Positions 1-9,788 of a stretch of 64,000 nt of DNA are shown one piece after another (the stretch's first letter is position 1; each line of letters starts with the position of its first letter). The notes under the pieces are model-generated. The model ran no database searches. It was not told where the DNA came from and saw only the letters and a program-made list of their open reading frames with translations. Made by a program: the position numbers and the translations under genes. The stretch comes from an uncultured bacterium (GTDB lineage Bacteria; Krumholzibacteriota; Krumholzibacteriia; LZORAL124-64-63): positions 96,001 through 160,000 of the forward strand of contig CAVSZB010000002.1 in NCBI GenBank assembly GCA_963732385.1, read 5' to 3'.

Positions 1-32
1 AGTGCGAGGCCGACTCCGAATCCAAGGTTCAT
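1..32 (-). CDS. N-terminus of a gene running off the window edge (MNLGFGVGLAL...), probably the SPFH/stomatin partner of NfeD
   Basis: ATG at 32-30 preceded by GGAGAG RBS; hydrophobic start; directly downstream of nfeD, whose usual partner is an SPFH protein (inferred from context only). Confidence 0.4.
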   Translation of the reverse strand, partial: MNLGFGVGLA

Positions 33-60
33 GTGCGTACTCTCCTGCCTGCGTCCGTAT

Positions 61-504
61 TCATGCCTGTTCCGGCACTGCTTCGACCTGCAGCCCGATG
101 CCCGCCACCGCCGTGATGCGCGCGCGACCGCCCGCGGGAATCGCCACACTCCCCGTATTGCGCACCTGCCAGGTGGAACCACGAATCTCCATGCGGCAGA
201 CCTCTCCGGGTGGCAGGAGTTCCGGAATGCGCAGTTCGTCACCGACGAAATCATCCTTCAGGCCCGGTGCCTGGGTGCGCAGCGCCGTGTAAACCCGCTT
301 GCGGAACAGCACCATGGCAGCCAGCGCGATGCCGGCAAACAGCAGCCACTGGGCCCACAGCGGGATCCACGGCAATGCCAGCACCATGCCACCGACGATC
401 AGCGCCGACACGCCAATGAACACCAGAAAGAACTCCGCCTCGATGAACATCAGCTCGGCACCGAGCAGCAGCGCTCCGATGACTATCCAGCCCCACCACG
501 GCAT
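61..504 (-). CDS. NfeD family membrane protein (short, C-terminal OB-fold type)
   Basis: MPWWGWIVIGALLLGAEL... three hydrophobic segments, then G-x-V-x-x-x-I-RGSTW-type NfeD C-terminal domain. Confidence 0.85.
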   Translation of the reverse strand: MPWWGWIVIGALLLGAELMFIEAEFFLVFIGVSALIVGGMVLALPWIPLWAQWLLFAGIALAAMVLFRKRVYTALRTQAPGLKDDFVGDELRIPELLPPGEVCRMEIRGSTWQVRNTGSVAIPAGGRARITAVAGIGLQVEAVPEQA

Positions 505-538
505 AGGCGTTCTCCCTCGGGCAGCGACCCGGAACCGA

Positions 539-1594
539 TTATGGCACCGGAAGGGTGCCGAAGACTGACCGCACCACCTCTTCCGCTGCACCACGCACGT
601 CGAGCAGCGAACGCGCCGCCGCCAGCTGGCTGGCCGCGCGCACCTGGTTGTGCGCGCTGCGGCTCGGGTAGCGGCTGGCGTCCCAGCCGAAGTAATTTTC
701 GTTCAGTGCATCGGCACAGAAACGTGCGGCCAGCTCCACGTAGATCGTCAGAGTCGCGGGCACGATGGCACTGTACTCCGCCGGCAGGATCCAGCCCGCG
801 GCACCCGCGGCATAGCCCTCCACCGCTCCCCGGAAAAGCGCCAGCGAGAAGGCTGAACTCTGATCATCCTCACCGCGCGGGTTGCACCAGGAGCGGAATG
901 CATCACCCAGCTCCAGCGGCAGGGGCATGCGACCCAGCGTGTCCAGATCGATCAGGCACAGCGCCTTGTCGCTGACCGGATCAAACAGGATGTTGTTGAT
1001 CTTCGGATCGCCATGCACGAGCCGGTCGGGCAGCACGGGCAGCGGCTCGAGCGCAGCGGCCAGCGCGAGGATTTCCTCGGCCAGCGGCCGCACGACGGGA
1101 TACTGCGGATGGGTACGGTGTTCGCTGAGCGCACGACGCAAATTGGCCAGGTGGCGCGGCGTGTCGTGCACGCCGACCCGGGCACTGCGAAACTCGTGCT
1201 GGCAGTCATCAAGCGCACGATGGAAACGAGCCAGCAGCGCGCCCGCCTCCTGCGCCTGCGCAACCGTGCTCAACCGCTCGTGACTCCTGCCCGCCACCCA
1301 GCTCATCAGCCGGTAGACGCCACCCTCATGCAACTGCCAGTAACTGCCATCCGCTGCGGGGAGCAATTCCGGTGCAATCAGGCCCCCGGCACGCAGATGC
1401 CCGGTGACGATGCGGATATCCTCGTTGACGGCCGGCGGAAACAGCGGGTTGACCTGCTGCATGACACGACGGTCGGTACCTGTCTCGATGAGCCAGGTGC
1501 GATTGATCAGCCCGCTGCCGAGCAGCGATACCCGGGCCTCAGAAAGGCCCCAGGCACGCAGCATCTGCGGCGGCGGAAGATCAGTGTCCGGCAT
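539..1594 (-). CDS. Aminoglycoside-phosphotransferase-fold kinase (N-acetylhexosamine 1-kinase-like)
   Basis: LGSGLINRTW N-terminal loop, Brenner motif HGDPKINNILFD and IDLDT. Confidence 0.8.
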   Translation of the reverse strand: MPDTDLPPPQMLRAWGLSEARVSLLGSGLINRTWLIETGTDRRVMQQVNPLFPPAVNEDIRIVTGHLRAGGLIAPELLPAADGSYWQLHEGGVYRLMSWVAGRSHERLSTVAQAQEAGALLARFHRALDDCQHEFRSARVGVHDTPRHLANLRRALSEHRTHPQYPVVRPLAEEILALAAALEPLPVLPDRLVHGDPKINNILFDPVSDKALCLIDLDTLGRMPLPLELGDAFRSWCNPRGEDDQSSAFSLALFRGAVEGYAAGAAGWILPAEYSAIVPATLTIYVELAARFCADALNENYFGWDASRYPSRSAHNQVRAASQLAAARSLLDVRGAAEEVVRSVFGTLPVP

Positions 1595-1722
1595 ATGCAC
1601 TCCATTCCCGGGCGGCAGAGCAATTGGCGTCATTGTCGCATCCTGCCAGCGCTGCCCCGCAACTGGCTGCGCCGCCGCGTTCAGCTTGACAGCATCGCGA
1701 GCTGACGGTTAGCTTTCCCCTC

Positions 1723-2076
1723 ATGAACACCGAAGCTGCCACTGGCGCACCGACCCTGGTTTTTTCCGATTCTGCTGCGGCCAAAGTTGCCCAACTGATC
1801 AGCGAAGAAGCCAACCCCAACCTGAAACTGCGCGTATTCATCTCGGGCGGCGGCTGCTCGGGTTTCCAGTATGGCTTCACCTTCGATGAGAACCTCGAGG
1901 ACGGTGACACCCAGGTACAGAACCAGGATGTCACCCTGCTCATCGATCCGATGAGCATCCAGTACCTGGCCGGCGCCGAGATCGACTACAAGGAAGATCT
2001 GGAAGGTTCCCGCTTCGTCATCCGGAACCCGAATGCCGCCACCACCTGTGGCTGCGGTTCCAGCTTTTCCACCTGA
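1723..2076 (+). CDS. erpA: Iron-sulfur cluster insertion protein ErpA
   Basis: [23 protein letters not shown] and [14 protein letters not shown] motifs, 117 aa. Confidence 0.95.
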   Translation: MNTEAATGAPTLVFSDSAAAKVAQLISEEANPNLKLRVFISGGGCSGFQYGFTFDENLEDGDTQVQNQDVTLLIDPMSIQYLAGAEIDYKEDLEGSRFVIRNPNAATTCGCGSSFST

Positions 2077-2098
2077 TTCACAAAGAAGTAACACAACA

Positions 2099-2716
2099 AT
2101 GAGCCTGGACCCCGAAGTTCGCGATGCGATCGATGGCCTGCTGCGTGAAAACCGCGTGGTGCTGTTCATGAAAGGCAACCGCGCCCAGCCGCAGTGCGGA
2201 TTTTCCGCCAAAACCGTTGAAGCACTGGACATGATCCTGCCCGACTATCAGGTTGTCGACGTACTCAGGAATCCCGAGGTGCGCGAAGGCATCAAGGCCT
2301 ACGGCAACTGGCCGACGATCCCGCAGCTCTATGTCGCCGGCGAACTGGTTGGCGGCTGCGACATCGTCAAGGAAATGTTCGATTCGGGTGAGCTCGGCAC
2401 ATTGCTCGGCGTGACGGCGACAACGCCCGATCACCCACCCGCGATCCGGATCAGTCCGGCTGCCATGGACATCATGCAGAACGCGCTGGAGAAAAATCCC
2501 GGCAAGGCGATCTGCCTGCGGATCAACGGCAGCTGGAAACACAGCCTGTCGCTCGAGGCGCCGCGACCCGGCAGCATGACCGTCAGCGTTGCACCGATCA
2601 CCATCGACGTGGATGCCTGGAGCGCAACGCGCGCTGACGGCTTGTCTATCGACGTGCTGGACAGCGTGCAGGGCCGCGGCTTCCGCTTCGACAATCCAAA
2701 CGCGCCGGCTGACTGA
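2099..2716 (+). CDS. grxD: Monothiol glutaredoxin (Grx4) with a C-terminal cysteine-poor HesB/IscA-like extension
   Basis: VVLFMKG...PQCGFS, WPTIPQLYV, GGCDI; about 95 extra aa ending RADGLSID...GFRFDNPNA. Confidence 0.9.
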   Translation: MSLDPEVRDAIDGLLRENRVVLFMKGNRAQPQCGFSAKTVEALDMILPDYQVVDVLRNPEVREGIKAYGNWPTIPQLYVAGELVGGCDIVKEMFDSGELGTLLGVTATTPDHPPAIRISPAAMDIMQNALEKNPGKAICLRINGSWKHSLSLEAPRPGSMTVSVAPITIDVDAWSATRADGLSIDVLDSVQGRGFRFDNPNAPAD

Positions 2717-2731
2717 AATCGCCGGCAAATC

Positions 2732-4276
2732 TCAGAGCAGGTCGTCGACCACCATCACGGCCGGAGGCTTGCCATCGCTCGATACCGAGCGGGCCGTATC
2801 CACGAGCACGACGGTGAAGACACTCCCGCTGGCCGCATTGAAATCCGCACTGGCCAGCACGGTCTTGGTGCCGGCAGTGGTGAAGCTCACCGTATAAAGC
2901 CCCGGCTCAAAGCTGAAGTGTCCCGTCGAGCTGCCCGCTACAAGGCCGCCCAGGCTGGCGTTTTCATTCGTGATGTCCGTGCCCTGCAGCTCGATGTAAA
3001 CGTCCACGGAATTGCCGGCCGGCGCAGCATCGACAATCCGCAGCTTGGTGGTTCTTGCAAACGGTCGTACGTCATCGCTGAGTACGGTCAGATTCTTCGC
3101 GACAACCGTGTCGCCTGAGGGCACCGGCACCAGGCCGAGCGCCAGCAGCGAGTTGCGCCGGCCCTGCACCAGCGACAGATTGGCACCGAACAGGATGGTC
3201 GCCGGCACACCGGTCGCAGCCACCTTGAACGAATAGGCGTTTGCGGAATTCAGCAACAGGTAGCCGGCCGGCGGCGGGACACTGAAGTCGAGGCTCGCGT
3301 AACCGTGCGCGGCGGGATAGCCCAGCCCCGTCACCAGGGTCGTGACTTCGGGCGCCGGTGCCACACACTGCACGTCGCTGGAGGCCAGCGTGGGATCGTA
3401 GATGCAGGGCGAAGCCAGCGGCGGATCCGGCGGCACCGTATCCTTGCGCAGGGCGCGTTCGGCCGTGGCGGTCAACGCGGGCAGGTCCGGCGACACGTTG
3501 TAAACCCGCACATCGGCCGGCGTCGTGACATCCAGGATCTCACCGCCAAAGGTGCCGTCATTGGTCACCAGTGATATCGGTGCCGTACCGGTCCCCGTGT
3601 TGGGAACCACGACGAACAGCAGGCTGACCGACGCGCGCAGCGTCTCCGGCCCGGAATCCAGCAGGATCGTTGCCTTGTCACCGGCCGGCGTGACACGGAT
3701 GCGCCAGCTTTCAGCATCGCCGGAGAGGAAATCCTGTTGCGCGGATATCTCCCGGAATCCGGCCAGCGTAAACGCTGGCGTGGCCGCATCCAGGCTGTCG
3801 GTCGGGGCCGTCAGGTACACATCGATGGCGGCCGTATCCGGTACCGCGTGCACGAACTGCAGGCGCGTCGTTCCGGCTGGAACCACCGCGATCGCGTTAT
3901 CGATATTCAGCATCTGCAGCGTCGAGCTGCCATTCTCACCCAGCTTGCCGACCGCAATCGTGGTGTATTCGCGCCCGGCCAGCAGCGACCTGGACTCCTC
4001 AATGAGGACGTCATCACCCGGCAGGACCACCTCCAGGCCCATCGCCCGGGGCGCCGGTGTCAGATAGGTGTATCGCGTACCGGATTTGTAGTCGAGCGGG
4101 AAAAAGAGCACGTTGTCGACCAGAAAATTGATCGGTGGCGCATCGGGCGACGCATTGATGACGCGCAGGCGCAGTTCATTGTCGAGACTGCCGCTACCGC
4201 CGCCACAGGCCGCCACCCAGGCTGCCATGCAGGCCAGCACGGCAGTCAGTTTTACGGCCCTGAAAATGCGCTTCAT
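2732..4276 (-). CDS. DUF4397-domain lipoprotein
   Basis: Lipobox VAAC followed by GGGSG; repeated LRVINASPDAP / LQFVHAVPD / VRVYNVSPD / LRIVDAAP motifs typical of DUF4397. Confidence 0.8.
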   Translation of the reverse strand: MKRIFRAVKLTAVLACMAAWVAACGGGSGSLDNELRLRVINASPDAPPINFLVDNVLFFPLDYKSGTRYTYLTPAPRAMGLEVVLPGDDVLIEESRSLLAGREYTTIAVGKLGENGSSTLQMLNIDNAIAVVPAGTTRLQFVHAVPDTAAIDVYLTAPTDSLDAATPAFTLAGFREISAQQDFLSGDAESWRIRVTPAGDKATILLDSGPETLRASVSLLFVVVPNTGTGTAPISLVTNDGTFGGEILDVTTPADVRVYNVSPDLPALTATAERALRKDTVPPDPPLASPCIYDPTLASSDVQCVAPAPEVTTLVTGLGYPAAHGYASLDFSVPPPAGYLLLNSANAYSFKVAATGVPATILFGANLSLVQGRRNSLLALGLVPVPSGDTVVAKNLTVLSDDVRPFARTTKLRIVDAAPAGNSVDVYIELQGTDITNENASLGGLVAGSSTGHFSFEPGLYTVSFTTAGTKTVLASADFNAASGSVFTVVLVDTARSVSSDGKPPAVMVVDDLL

Positions 4277-4335
4277 CAGACTACACCCAATCCGGATCGG
4301 CGCTCACCTTAGCCGGTTCCTTCAGTTCAAGCCAG

Positions 4336-6009
4336 TCAGTCGGAAGCCGGCGGAAATTCCAGCCTCACCTCACCATTGAGCGCGGCCAGCAGGGCCGGAT
4401 CACGGTCATAGACATCGGGCAGAAACCTGAGGCGGCCGGCAGCATCCAGCTCGGCCGTCCAGTACAGCATCAGCACCGGCCACGGCCGGGGCAGGCTCAC
4501 CCTCTGCGTTTTGCCGGTATCGATGGCGGCCTGCAGGCTCTGGCGATTCCAGCGGGCCGGGTCAGCCAGCAGGATTTCGGCCAGTGACAGCGGATCCTCG
4601 ATCCGCACGCATCCCGAACTGAGCAGACGCCGGGTACGCTCGAACAGCTCACGGGCCGGTGTGTCGTGCAGGAACACGGCATGTGGATTCGGGAACATGA
4701 ACTTGATCCGGCCGAGCGAGTTTTTCGGCCCGGGTGCCTGGCGGAAGGTCCAGGGCGGCCGATCACCCACGCGCTGCCAGTCAATCGTGCGCGGATCCAC
4801 CACCCGCCCGCGTGCATCGATGACACTGAGCTGGTGCTCGGCCAGGTAGCCCGGATCGCGGCGCAGGCGCGGCAACACGTCCTCGCGCAGGATCGTCGGC
4901 GGCACGGTCCAGGTCGGATTCAGCTCCAGCCAGGTCATCGCCCCGCGGAAGACCGGTGTCTGGCGGTTGACGCGCCCGACCACCGCACGCCGCGCCCAGA
5001 AACGCTCGCCGTTACGCACCGCGTAGACCTCGGAACCGGCGATGTTGACCACGATGACCTCGCCAGCGGTGTCGTCGGCCACCCAGCGCGCGCGCTCGAG
5101 CGAGAGGCGCAGCTGATCGATGCGCGTCTCGACCGGGACATTCATTGCGGCGAACGTGGCAGCGCCGGCAACACCATCTGCAGCCAGCGCATGCCGTTTC
5201 TGAAACGTGCGTACGCCCTCCGCAAGCGCGGCATCGAACTGCGCATCAGCGGTATCGGCTGCGGGCGGCAGATCGCCAACGATGAGCAGATGCCGGCGCA
5301 GGGTCGGCACCCGCGCATCGCGATCGCCCTCGCGCAGGACCGGGCCAGGCCGAATCATCGGCCAGCCACCGGTATCGGCAATATGGCGATAGTTCACCAG
5401 GGCCTTCTGCAGATCACGGTAGAGCGGCGACCGCCCGATCCAGCTGTCGACGTATGCCTGCAGCGAGGGGGCCGCAATCACCTCCTGCAAGGTCGACAGC
5501 GGCTCACGACCCGGACGGAACTGGCGGCTGAAGTTCCAGGTGGGCTCCATGCGGGCCGGATTGACCTTGCCGAAGCGCTGGTGATAGCCAAAGCGGACCA
5601 GGCTTTCGGTCAGCAGCAGCTCCAGTGCCGCGCCCGTCGCAGGATCACTGTCCAGCTGGTATTGCTCGCGCAATTTGCGGAGCTGCGGCAGATGGTAGTC
5701 GTCTGGATCCAGGCCATGACTCTCGGCAGTGGCCAGCAGATCGAAGAGTTCCCCGATACGCGCACCGCTGGTCCAGACAGGTACGTAATCGCGCGCTGCA
5801 TAGAAGTCCACCAGCAGCGATGCCGAGGCGATGGCGAGTCCCTGCACATAGATCCCGCCGGCTTCACGCAGTCGCAGCACCTGCGACTGCAGTTCGGCCG
5901 CTACGGCAGCAGGCGGCGCGTCGGCCTGCGACACCGGCAGCCAAAGGAGCATTGCGGCAACGGCGAGGGCGCGCCGGCACTGACGTGACCAGCTTGGCAA
6001 TTTGCGCAT
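4336..6009 (-). CDS. ldtD: Murein L,D-transpeptidase, YcbB/LdtD family (scaffold + PG-binding + YkuD domains)
   Basis: FQKRHALAADGVAG PG-binding motif, VVNIA, NPTWTVP, PGPKNSLGRIKFMFPN, LHDTP...SSGCVR; start approximate because the ORF-track extension overlaps the divergent gene. Confidence 0.9.
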   Translation of the reverse strand: MRKLPSWSRQCRRALAVAAMLLWLPVSQADAPPAAVAAELQSQVLRLREAGGIYVQGLAIASASLLVDFYAARDYVPVWTSGARIGELFDLLATAESHGLDPDDYHLPQLRKLREQYQLDSDPATGAALELLLTESLVRFGYHQRFGKVNPARMEPTWNFSRQFRPGREPLSTLQEVIAAPSLQAYVDSWIGRSPLYRDLQKALVNYRHIADTGGWPMIRPGPVLREGDRDARVPTLRRHLLIVGDLPPAADTADAQFDAALAEGVRTFQKRHALAADGVAGAATFAAMNVPVETRIDQLRLSLERARWVADDTAGEVIVVNIAGSEVYAVRNGERFWARRAVVGRVNRQTPVFRGAMTWLELNPTWTVPPTILREDVLPRLRRDPGYLAEHQLSVIDARGRVVDPRTIDWQRVGDRPPWTFRQAPGPKNSLGRIKFMFPNPHAVFLHDTPARELFERTRRLLSSGCVRIEDPLSLAEILLADPARWNRQSLQAAIDTGKTQRVSLPRPWPVLMLYWTAELDAAGRLRFLPDVYDRDPALLAALNGEVRLEFPPASD

Positions 6010-6114
6010 CCAGCCAGGGAAATCGGCGCGGCGACTGCGGTTCGGACTTGCCCCGAGGCTACCGCGTCTGGAACAATCGTCCGCTTGAGGCCGACCCTCC
6101 GACGGAGCAAAAGA

Positions 6115-6654
6115 ATGGCGGGACCCACAACCAGCAGACGGCAATTCCTGGCCTTTGGTGTCCTTTCCGCCCCAGTTCTGATGTGGCCCGGGCTGCTGCA
6201 TGCGACTGCCGCGCCCCGGCGCCTGGCCTTTCATCACACCCACACCGGCGAAGCACTGGATGTCGAATACAGCGAAGCCGGCCGGTACATTCCGGACGCG
6301 CTGCTGACCATCAACCATCTGCTGCGCGATTTCCGCAGCGGTCAGGTGCACCCCATCGATCCGGCGCTGCTCGACGTCCTGCATGCCCTCCGGCAGCAGG
6401 TCGGCGGTCGGGCGCCGTTTGAAATCATTTCCGCCTTCCGCTCGCCGGAGACCAACGCGATGCTGGCCGGCCACAGCAGCGGCGTCGCCACCAAGAGCCT
6501 GCATCTGTCCGGTCGCGCCATCGATATCCGCTTGCCGGGCGTTGCGACCGCTGAGCTGCGTGATGCAGGCATGCGCCTGCGTGCCGGCGGTGTCGGCTAC
6601 TACCGGGAGTCTGACTTCATTCATGTCGATACGGGCCGCGTCCGCTACTGGTAA
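6115..6654 (+). CDS. mepK: YcbK/MepK family (DUF882) peptidase M15
   Basis: SRRQFL Tat-like leader, HTHTGE, ISAFRSPETN, SLHLSGRAIDI, GGVGYY...FIHVDTGRVRYW. Confidence 0.9.
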   Translation: MAGPTTSRRQFLAFGVLSAPVLMWPGLLHATAAPRRLAFHHTHTGEALDVEYSEAGRYIPDALLTINHLLRDFRSGQVHPIDPALLDVLHALRQQVGGRAPFEIISAFRSPETNAMLAGHSSGVATKSLHLSGRAIDIRLPGVATAELRDAGMRLRAGGVGYYRESDFIHVDTGRVRYW

Positions 6655-6671
6655 CCGGTCGGCCCCGGCGC

Positions 6672-7211
6672 TCAGCGCGCATTCTCCTCTTCGCACTGAC
6701 GGATCTGCGCACGCAGCCTGAGCGCCTCTTGTGCGTCTGGCGCGAGGCCCAGCTCGCCGCGTTCCCAGGCCGTTGCCAGCCGCTCGAGCGCCAGGCGATG
6801 GCGGCCTGCCGCGGCGCGCTGGTACCAGCCGAGTGCCACCGCCGCATCATGCGGCAGTTCAGGGCCACTCTCCGACTGCCACGCCAGCCAGTACTGCGCT
6901 TCGGAAACATCCCGCTCGGCCGCCGAACGGATCAGGGGAATCGCCGCGGCGGGATTCCATTCACCGCCCAGCCCCAGATGGAAGAGCGCCAGCTGGTAGG
7001 TGGCATCGGCATCGCCTGCCTCGGCTTCGGCCGTACAGCTGGCACGCACCGCGGCGATCGCGGCCGGGTCCGGCTGCGCCTGCAGCAGCAGTGGCCGCAA
7101 TTCACTCCGGCACACGCCGGCATGAGCCGGCATCTGGGCACCGAGCCACACCAGCATCCCGACCAGCAGCACAGGCGACCACGCATGACTGCTCATTCCC
7201 GGATGGCTCAT
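6672..7211 (-). CDS. Secreted Sel1-repeat protein
   Basis: Signal peptide ending AHA; Sel1 repeats (GDADATYQLA, AQYWLA...ALGWYQRAAAG); ATGA overlap with upstream DUF1838 gene. Confidence 0.8.
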   Translation of the reverse strand: MSHPGMSSHAWSPVLLVGMLVWLGAQMPAHAGVCRSELRPLLLQAQPDPAAIAAVRASCTAEAEAGDADATYQLALFHLGLGGEWNPAAAIPLIRSAAERDVSEAQYWLAWQSESGPELPHDAAVALGWYQRAAAGRHRLALERLATAWERGELGLAPDAQEALRLRAQIRQCEEENAR

Positions 7212-8146
7212 TTTTTCGCGTGCTGCTGCCGGTAGAGAAAGAACATGTTGGTAAACCCTTCCCACGGTACCGGCCGCGCAAACCACTGCGGATGGATCTT
7301 CTCCATGGCCGTCCGGGTGGTTGCCGGCAGATCGTCGAGGCTGAAGAGCTTCTTGCCGGCCTCATGCCAGACGACAAAACCCGGCCGCTGCTCCATCTTC
7401 ATCCACGGCAACCAGTCGGAGGTCGCCTGATAAAAGTACTCCGTGGGCACCGCGGCCTGCGCCGGATCCAGCACGTCGCGCAGATTCGACTTCATGGTGG
7501 TGATGGAAGACACGTTGATCGGTGTTTTCGGCGTCTCGTCCGGAAACTGCTTGATATCCAGCCACTGGGGGATGCCCCAGATGTACATCTCCTTGATCAT
7601 CCACAGATCGTCGCCGGCCCGCCGCCAGCGCTGATGGAAGGGCTCGGTCTTTTCCTCGAACGGTGTGGGCAGACCGATGAGCCTGGGCTGACGCTCGGCG
7701 CTGTACTCGAAAGTCACCGGCCCTTCGCGGTAGTGAAAAGGCTGAACCTTGTCGCCGGTTATCGGGTTGACGACCTCGTCGACGATCTCGTCGCTCTCCA
7801 CATCGCGATAAACACTGGCTTCCCAGTCAGTCACGTGCCAGGTGTGTTCGGCCAGGCGCTGCGTACGCCGCAGGATGACGGTTTCGACGTTGATGATCGG
7901 CCGGATGGGCTCGCCGGGCATGGCGAGATCAAGTCCGCCGGTAAACCAGAAGTACACATCCTGGGATTCCAGGCTGGCGCGCATCTTCATCCACGCTGTC
8001 AGGTTGTCTTCGGGCCTGTCCAGATCGAGTTGCAGCGGTGTTGATGGCAGCAGTGGTGCGGCAGGCAAGGCGCCAGCCACGGCGCTGCCGCCCAGTACGC
8101 CGAGCATCGCCCGGCGATCGATCAGACGTGTCTTTCCGTCAGCCAT
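7208..8146 (-). CDS. DUF1838 family protein, Tat-exported
   Basis: IDRRAML leader; LDLDRPEDNL..WMK, NPITGDKVQPFH, WLPWMKM...G motifs characteristic of DUF1838. Confidence 0.75.
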   Translation of the reverse strand: MADGKTRLIDRRAMLGVLGGSAVAGALPAAPLLPSTPLQLDLDRPEDNLTAWMKMRASLESQDVYFWFTGGLDLAMPGEPIRPIINVETVILRRTQRLAEHTWHVTDWEASVYRDVESDEIVDEVVNPITGDKVQPFHYREGPVTFEYSAERQPRLIGLPTPFEEKTEPFHQRWRRAGDDLWMIKEMYIWGIPQWLDIKQFPDETPKTPINVSSITTMKSNLRDVLDPAQAAVPTEYFYQATSDWLPWMKMEQRPGFVVWHEAGKKLFSLDDLPATTRTAMEKIHPQWFARPVPWEGFTNMFFLYRQQHAKK

Positions 8147-8296
8147 TTTGGTCCCCTGTCAGCCACAAGCAGATGTCGCGTGATTCTAATGGAGGCCACC
8201 GACCAGCGGCCACCTGCGTTTGCCGGCCATTTCGCGCCTTGCAGCCCCACGGTGTAGCATCACCCCATCCAGCAGCCGTGACCAGGAAAGCCAGAC

Positions 8297-9742
8297 ATGC
8301 AGAACATTTCAGGGATCAGCCGCCGCAGCATCCTCAAGGGCATCAGCGCAATACCCGTGGCTGCGGCGCTTGGACCGGTGCGGGCGCAGAACCGCTCGAA
8401 AGTCATTGTCATCGGCGCCGGGCTCTCGGGCCTCAATGCCGCCCTGCTGCTCGAGGAACAGGGCATCGACGTACAGGTCATCGAAGGCCGGAACCGCATC
8501 GGCGGCCGGATACTGTCCCACCGCAACGTGAACGGCAATCCGGAATCCGGCGGCACCTCCTTCGGCCCCGGCTACGCGCGACTGATGGACGCCTGCAAGC
8601 GCTTCAAGGTCGGGCTCATCGACGTCACCCCGATCGTGCCCTTCTTCAACGATCGCGAACTGGTGCTGGACGGCACGGCGATTCCCAAAGCCGACTGGCC
8701 GACACATGCAAAAAACCCGTTCCCGGAGGGCATGAAGCAACTGCCGCCCTGGGCCTACCTGATGCCGATCATCGGCAAGAACAATCCGCTCAAGACCGGC
8801 GATGCCTGGCTCGATCCGGCCAATGCCAGATACGACATCTCGCTGCATGACTGGCTGGTCAGCCTCGGTGTGTCCAGCGAGATCATCGAGCTGTGCTGGA
8901 ACAACAATCCCAATCACGGCACCACGGCACACGATGTGTCCGCGATGATGGTGCTGTTCGGCCACACCTTCGCCATGATCCAGGCGCAACTCGGCGGCAA
9001 GACCTTCGGGTACACGGCCACGGGCGGCAACCAGTCGATCCCCGAAGCGATGGCCGGCGGCCTGAAAACACCGGTGCTGTTCGACCGCAACGTGATCGGC
9101 ATGCGCACCACGACTTCAGGTGCCGAAGTGCACTGCGCAGACGGCACGGTATACAAAGCCGATCACGTGATCTGCTCCATGCCGATGTCGGTGCTCCGGC
9201 GTGTGCATATCGACCCGCTGGTTGGCGGCAGGCAGGCCCTTGCCATCAACACCCTCGCCTCCCAGCCCGTCAATATCCTCCACCTCAACATCAAGCGCCC
9301 CTTCTGGGAAGAAGATGGCCGCAACCCGAACATCTTCAGCAATGGCCTTGCCGGCATGGTGGTTGCCGAACGCAAGGGCAAGACGCCCCAGGAAGTGACC
9401 AGCCTCACCATCTGGATCCGCGGGCGCAACGCCACCTGGATGGACACCATGGACGAAAAGGCTGCGGTCGCCGCAATCATGGACGACTTCTACAAGGTAC
9501 GTCCGGCTGCCCAGGGCAAGGTCGAAGTGGGCGCCTATCACTCCTGGTACCGGCAGCCCTTCTCCGCCGGCGACTGGGCCCTGTGGGCACCGGGCCAGGT
9601 GAGCGCCTTTGCCAGTGCGGTCGGCACTGCCCACGGCCGCATTCATTTCTGCGGCGAACACACCGCCGTGTCAAATCGCGGCATGGAAGGCGCGATGGAA
9701 TCCGGTGAACGCGCCGCTTTCGAGGTGCTGGGACTGAGCTGA
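8297..9742 (+). CDS. Flavin monoamine oxidase family FAD oxidoreductase, Tat-exported
   Basis: SRRSILK Tat motif; VIVIGAGLSGL, EGRNRIGGRI; C-terminal IHFCGEHT...GMEGAMESGERAA. Confidence 0.9.
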   Translation: MQNISGISRRSILKGISAIPVAAALGPVRAQNRSKVIVIGAGLSGLNAALLLEEQGIDVQVIEGRNRIGGRILSHRNVNGNPESGGTSFGPGYARLMDACKRFKVGLIDVTPIVPFFNDRELVLDGTAIPKADWPTHAKNPFPEGMKQLPPWAYLMPIIGKNNPLKTGDAWLDPANARYDISLHDWLVSLGVSSEIIELCWNNNPNHGTTAHDVSAMMVLFGHTFAMIQAQLGGKTFGYTATGGNQSIPEAMAGGLKTPVLFDRNVIGMRTTTSGAEVHCADGTVYKADHVICSMPMSVLRRVHIDPLVGGRQALAINTLASQPVNILHLNIKRPFWEEDGRNPNIFSNGLAGMVVAERKGKTPQEVTSLTIWIRGRNATWMDTMDEKAAVAAIMDDFYKVRPAAQGKVEVGAYHSWYRQPFSAGDWALWAPGQVSAFASAVGTAHGRIHFCGEHTAVSNRGMEGAMESGERAAFEVLGLS

Positions 9743-9788
9743 TCAGCGCTGCCCCGGCCCGCCTCCCACGTCATTCAGGACTTTGCAC

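Noticed and set aside
4336..6696. ORF-track N-terminal extensions of ldtD (to 6696), katG (to 50524), the SDR (to 39545) and DUF1838 (to 36727)
   Set aside because: The extensions overlap genuine divergent genes; family homology and signal peptides begin at the downstream starts used here.
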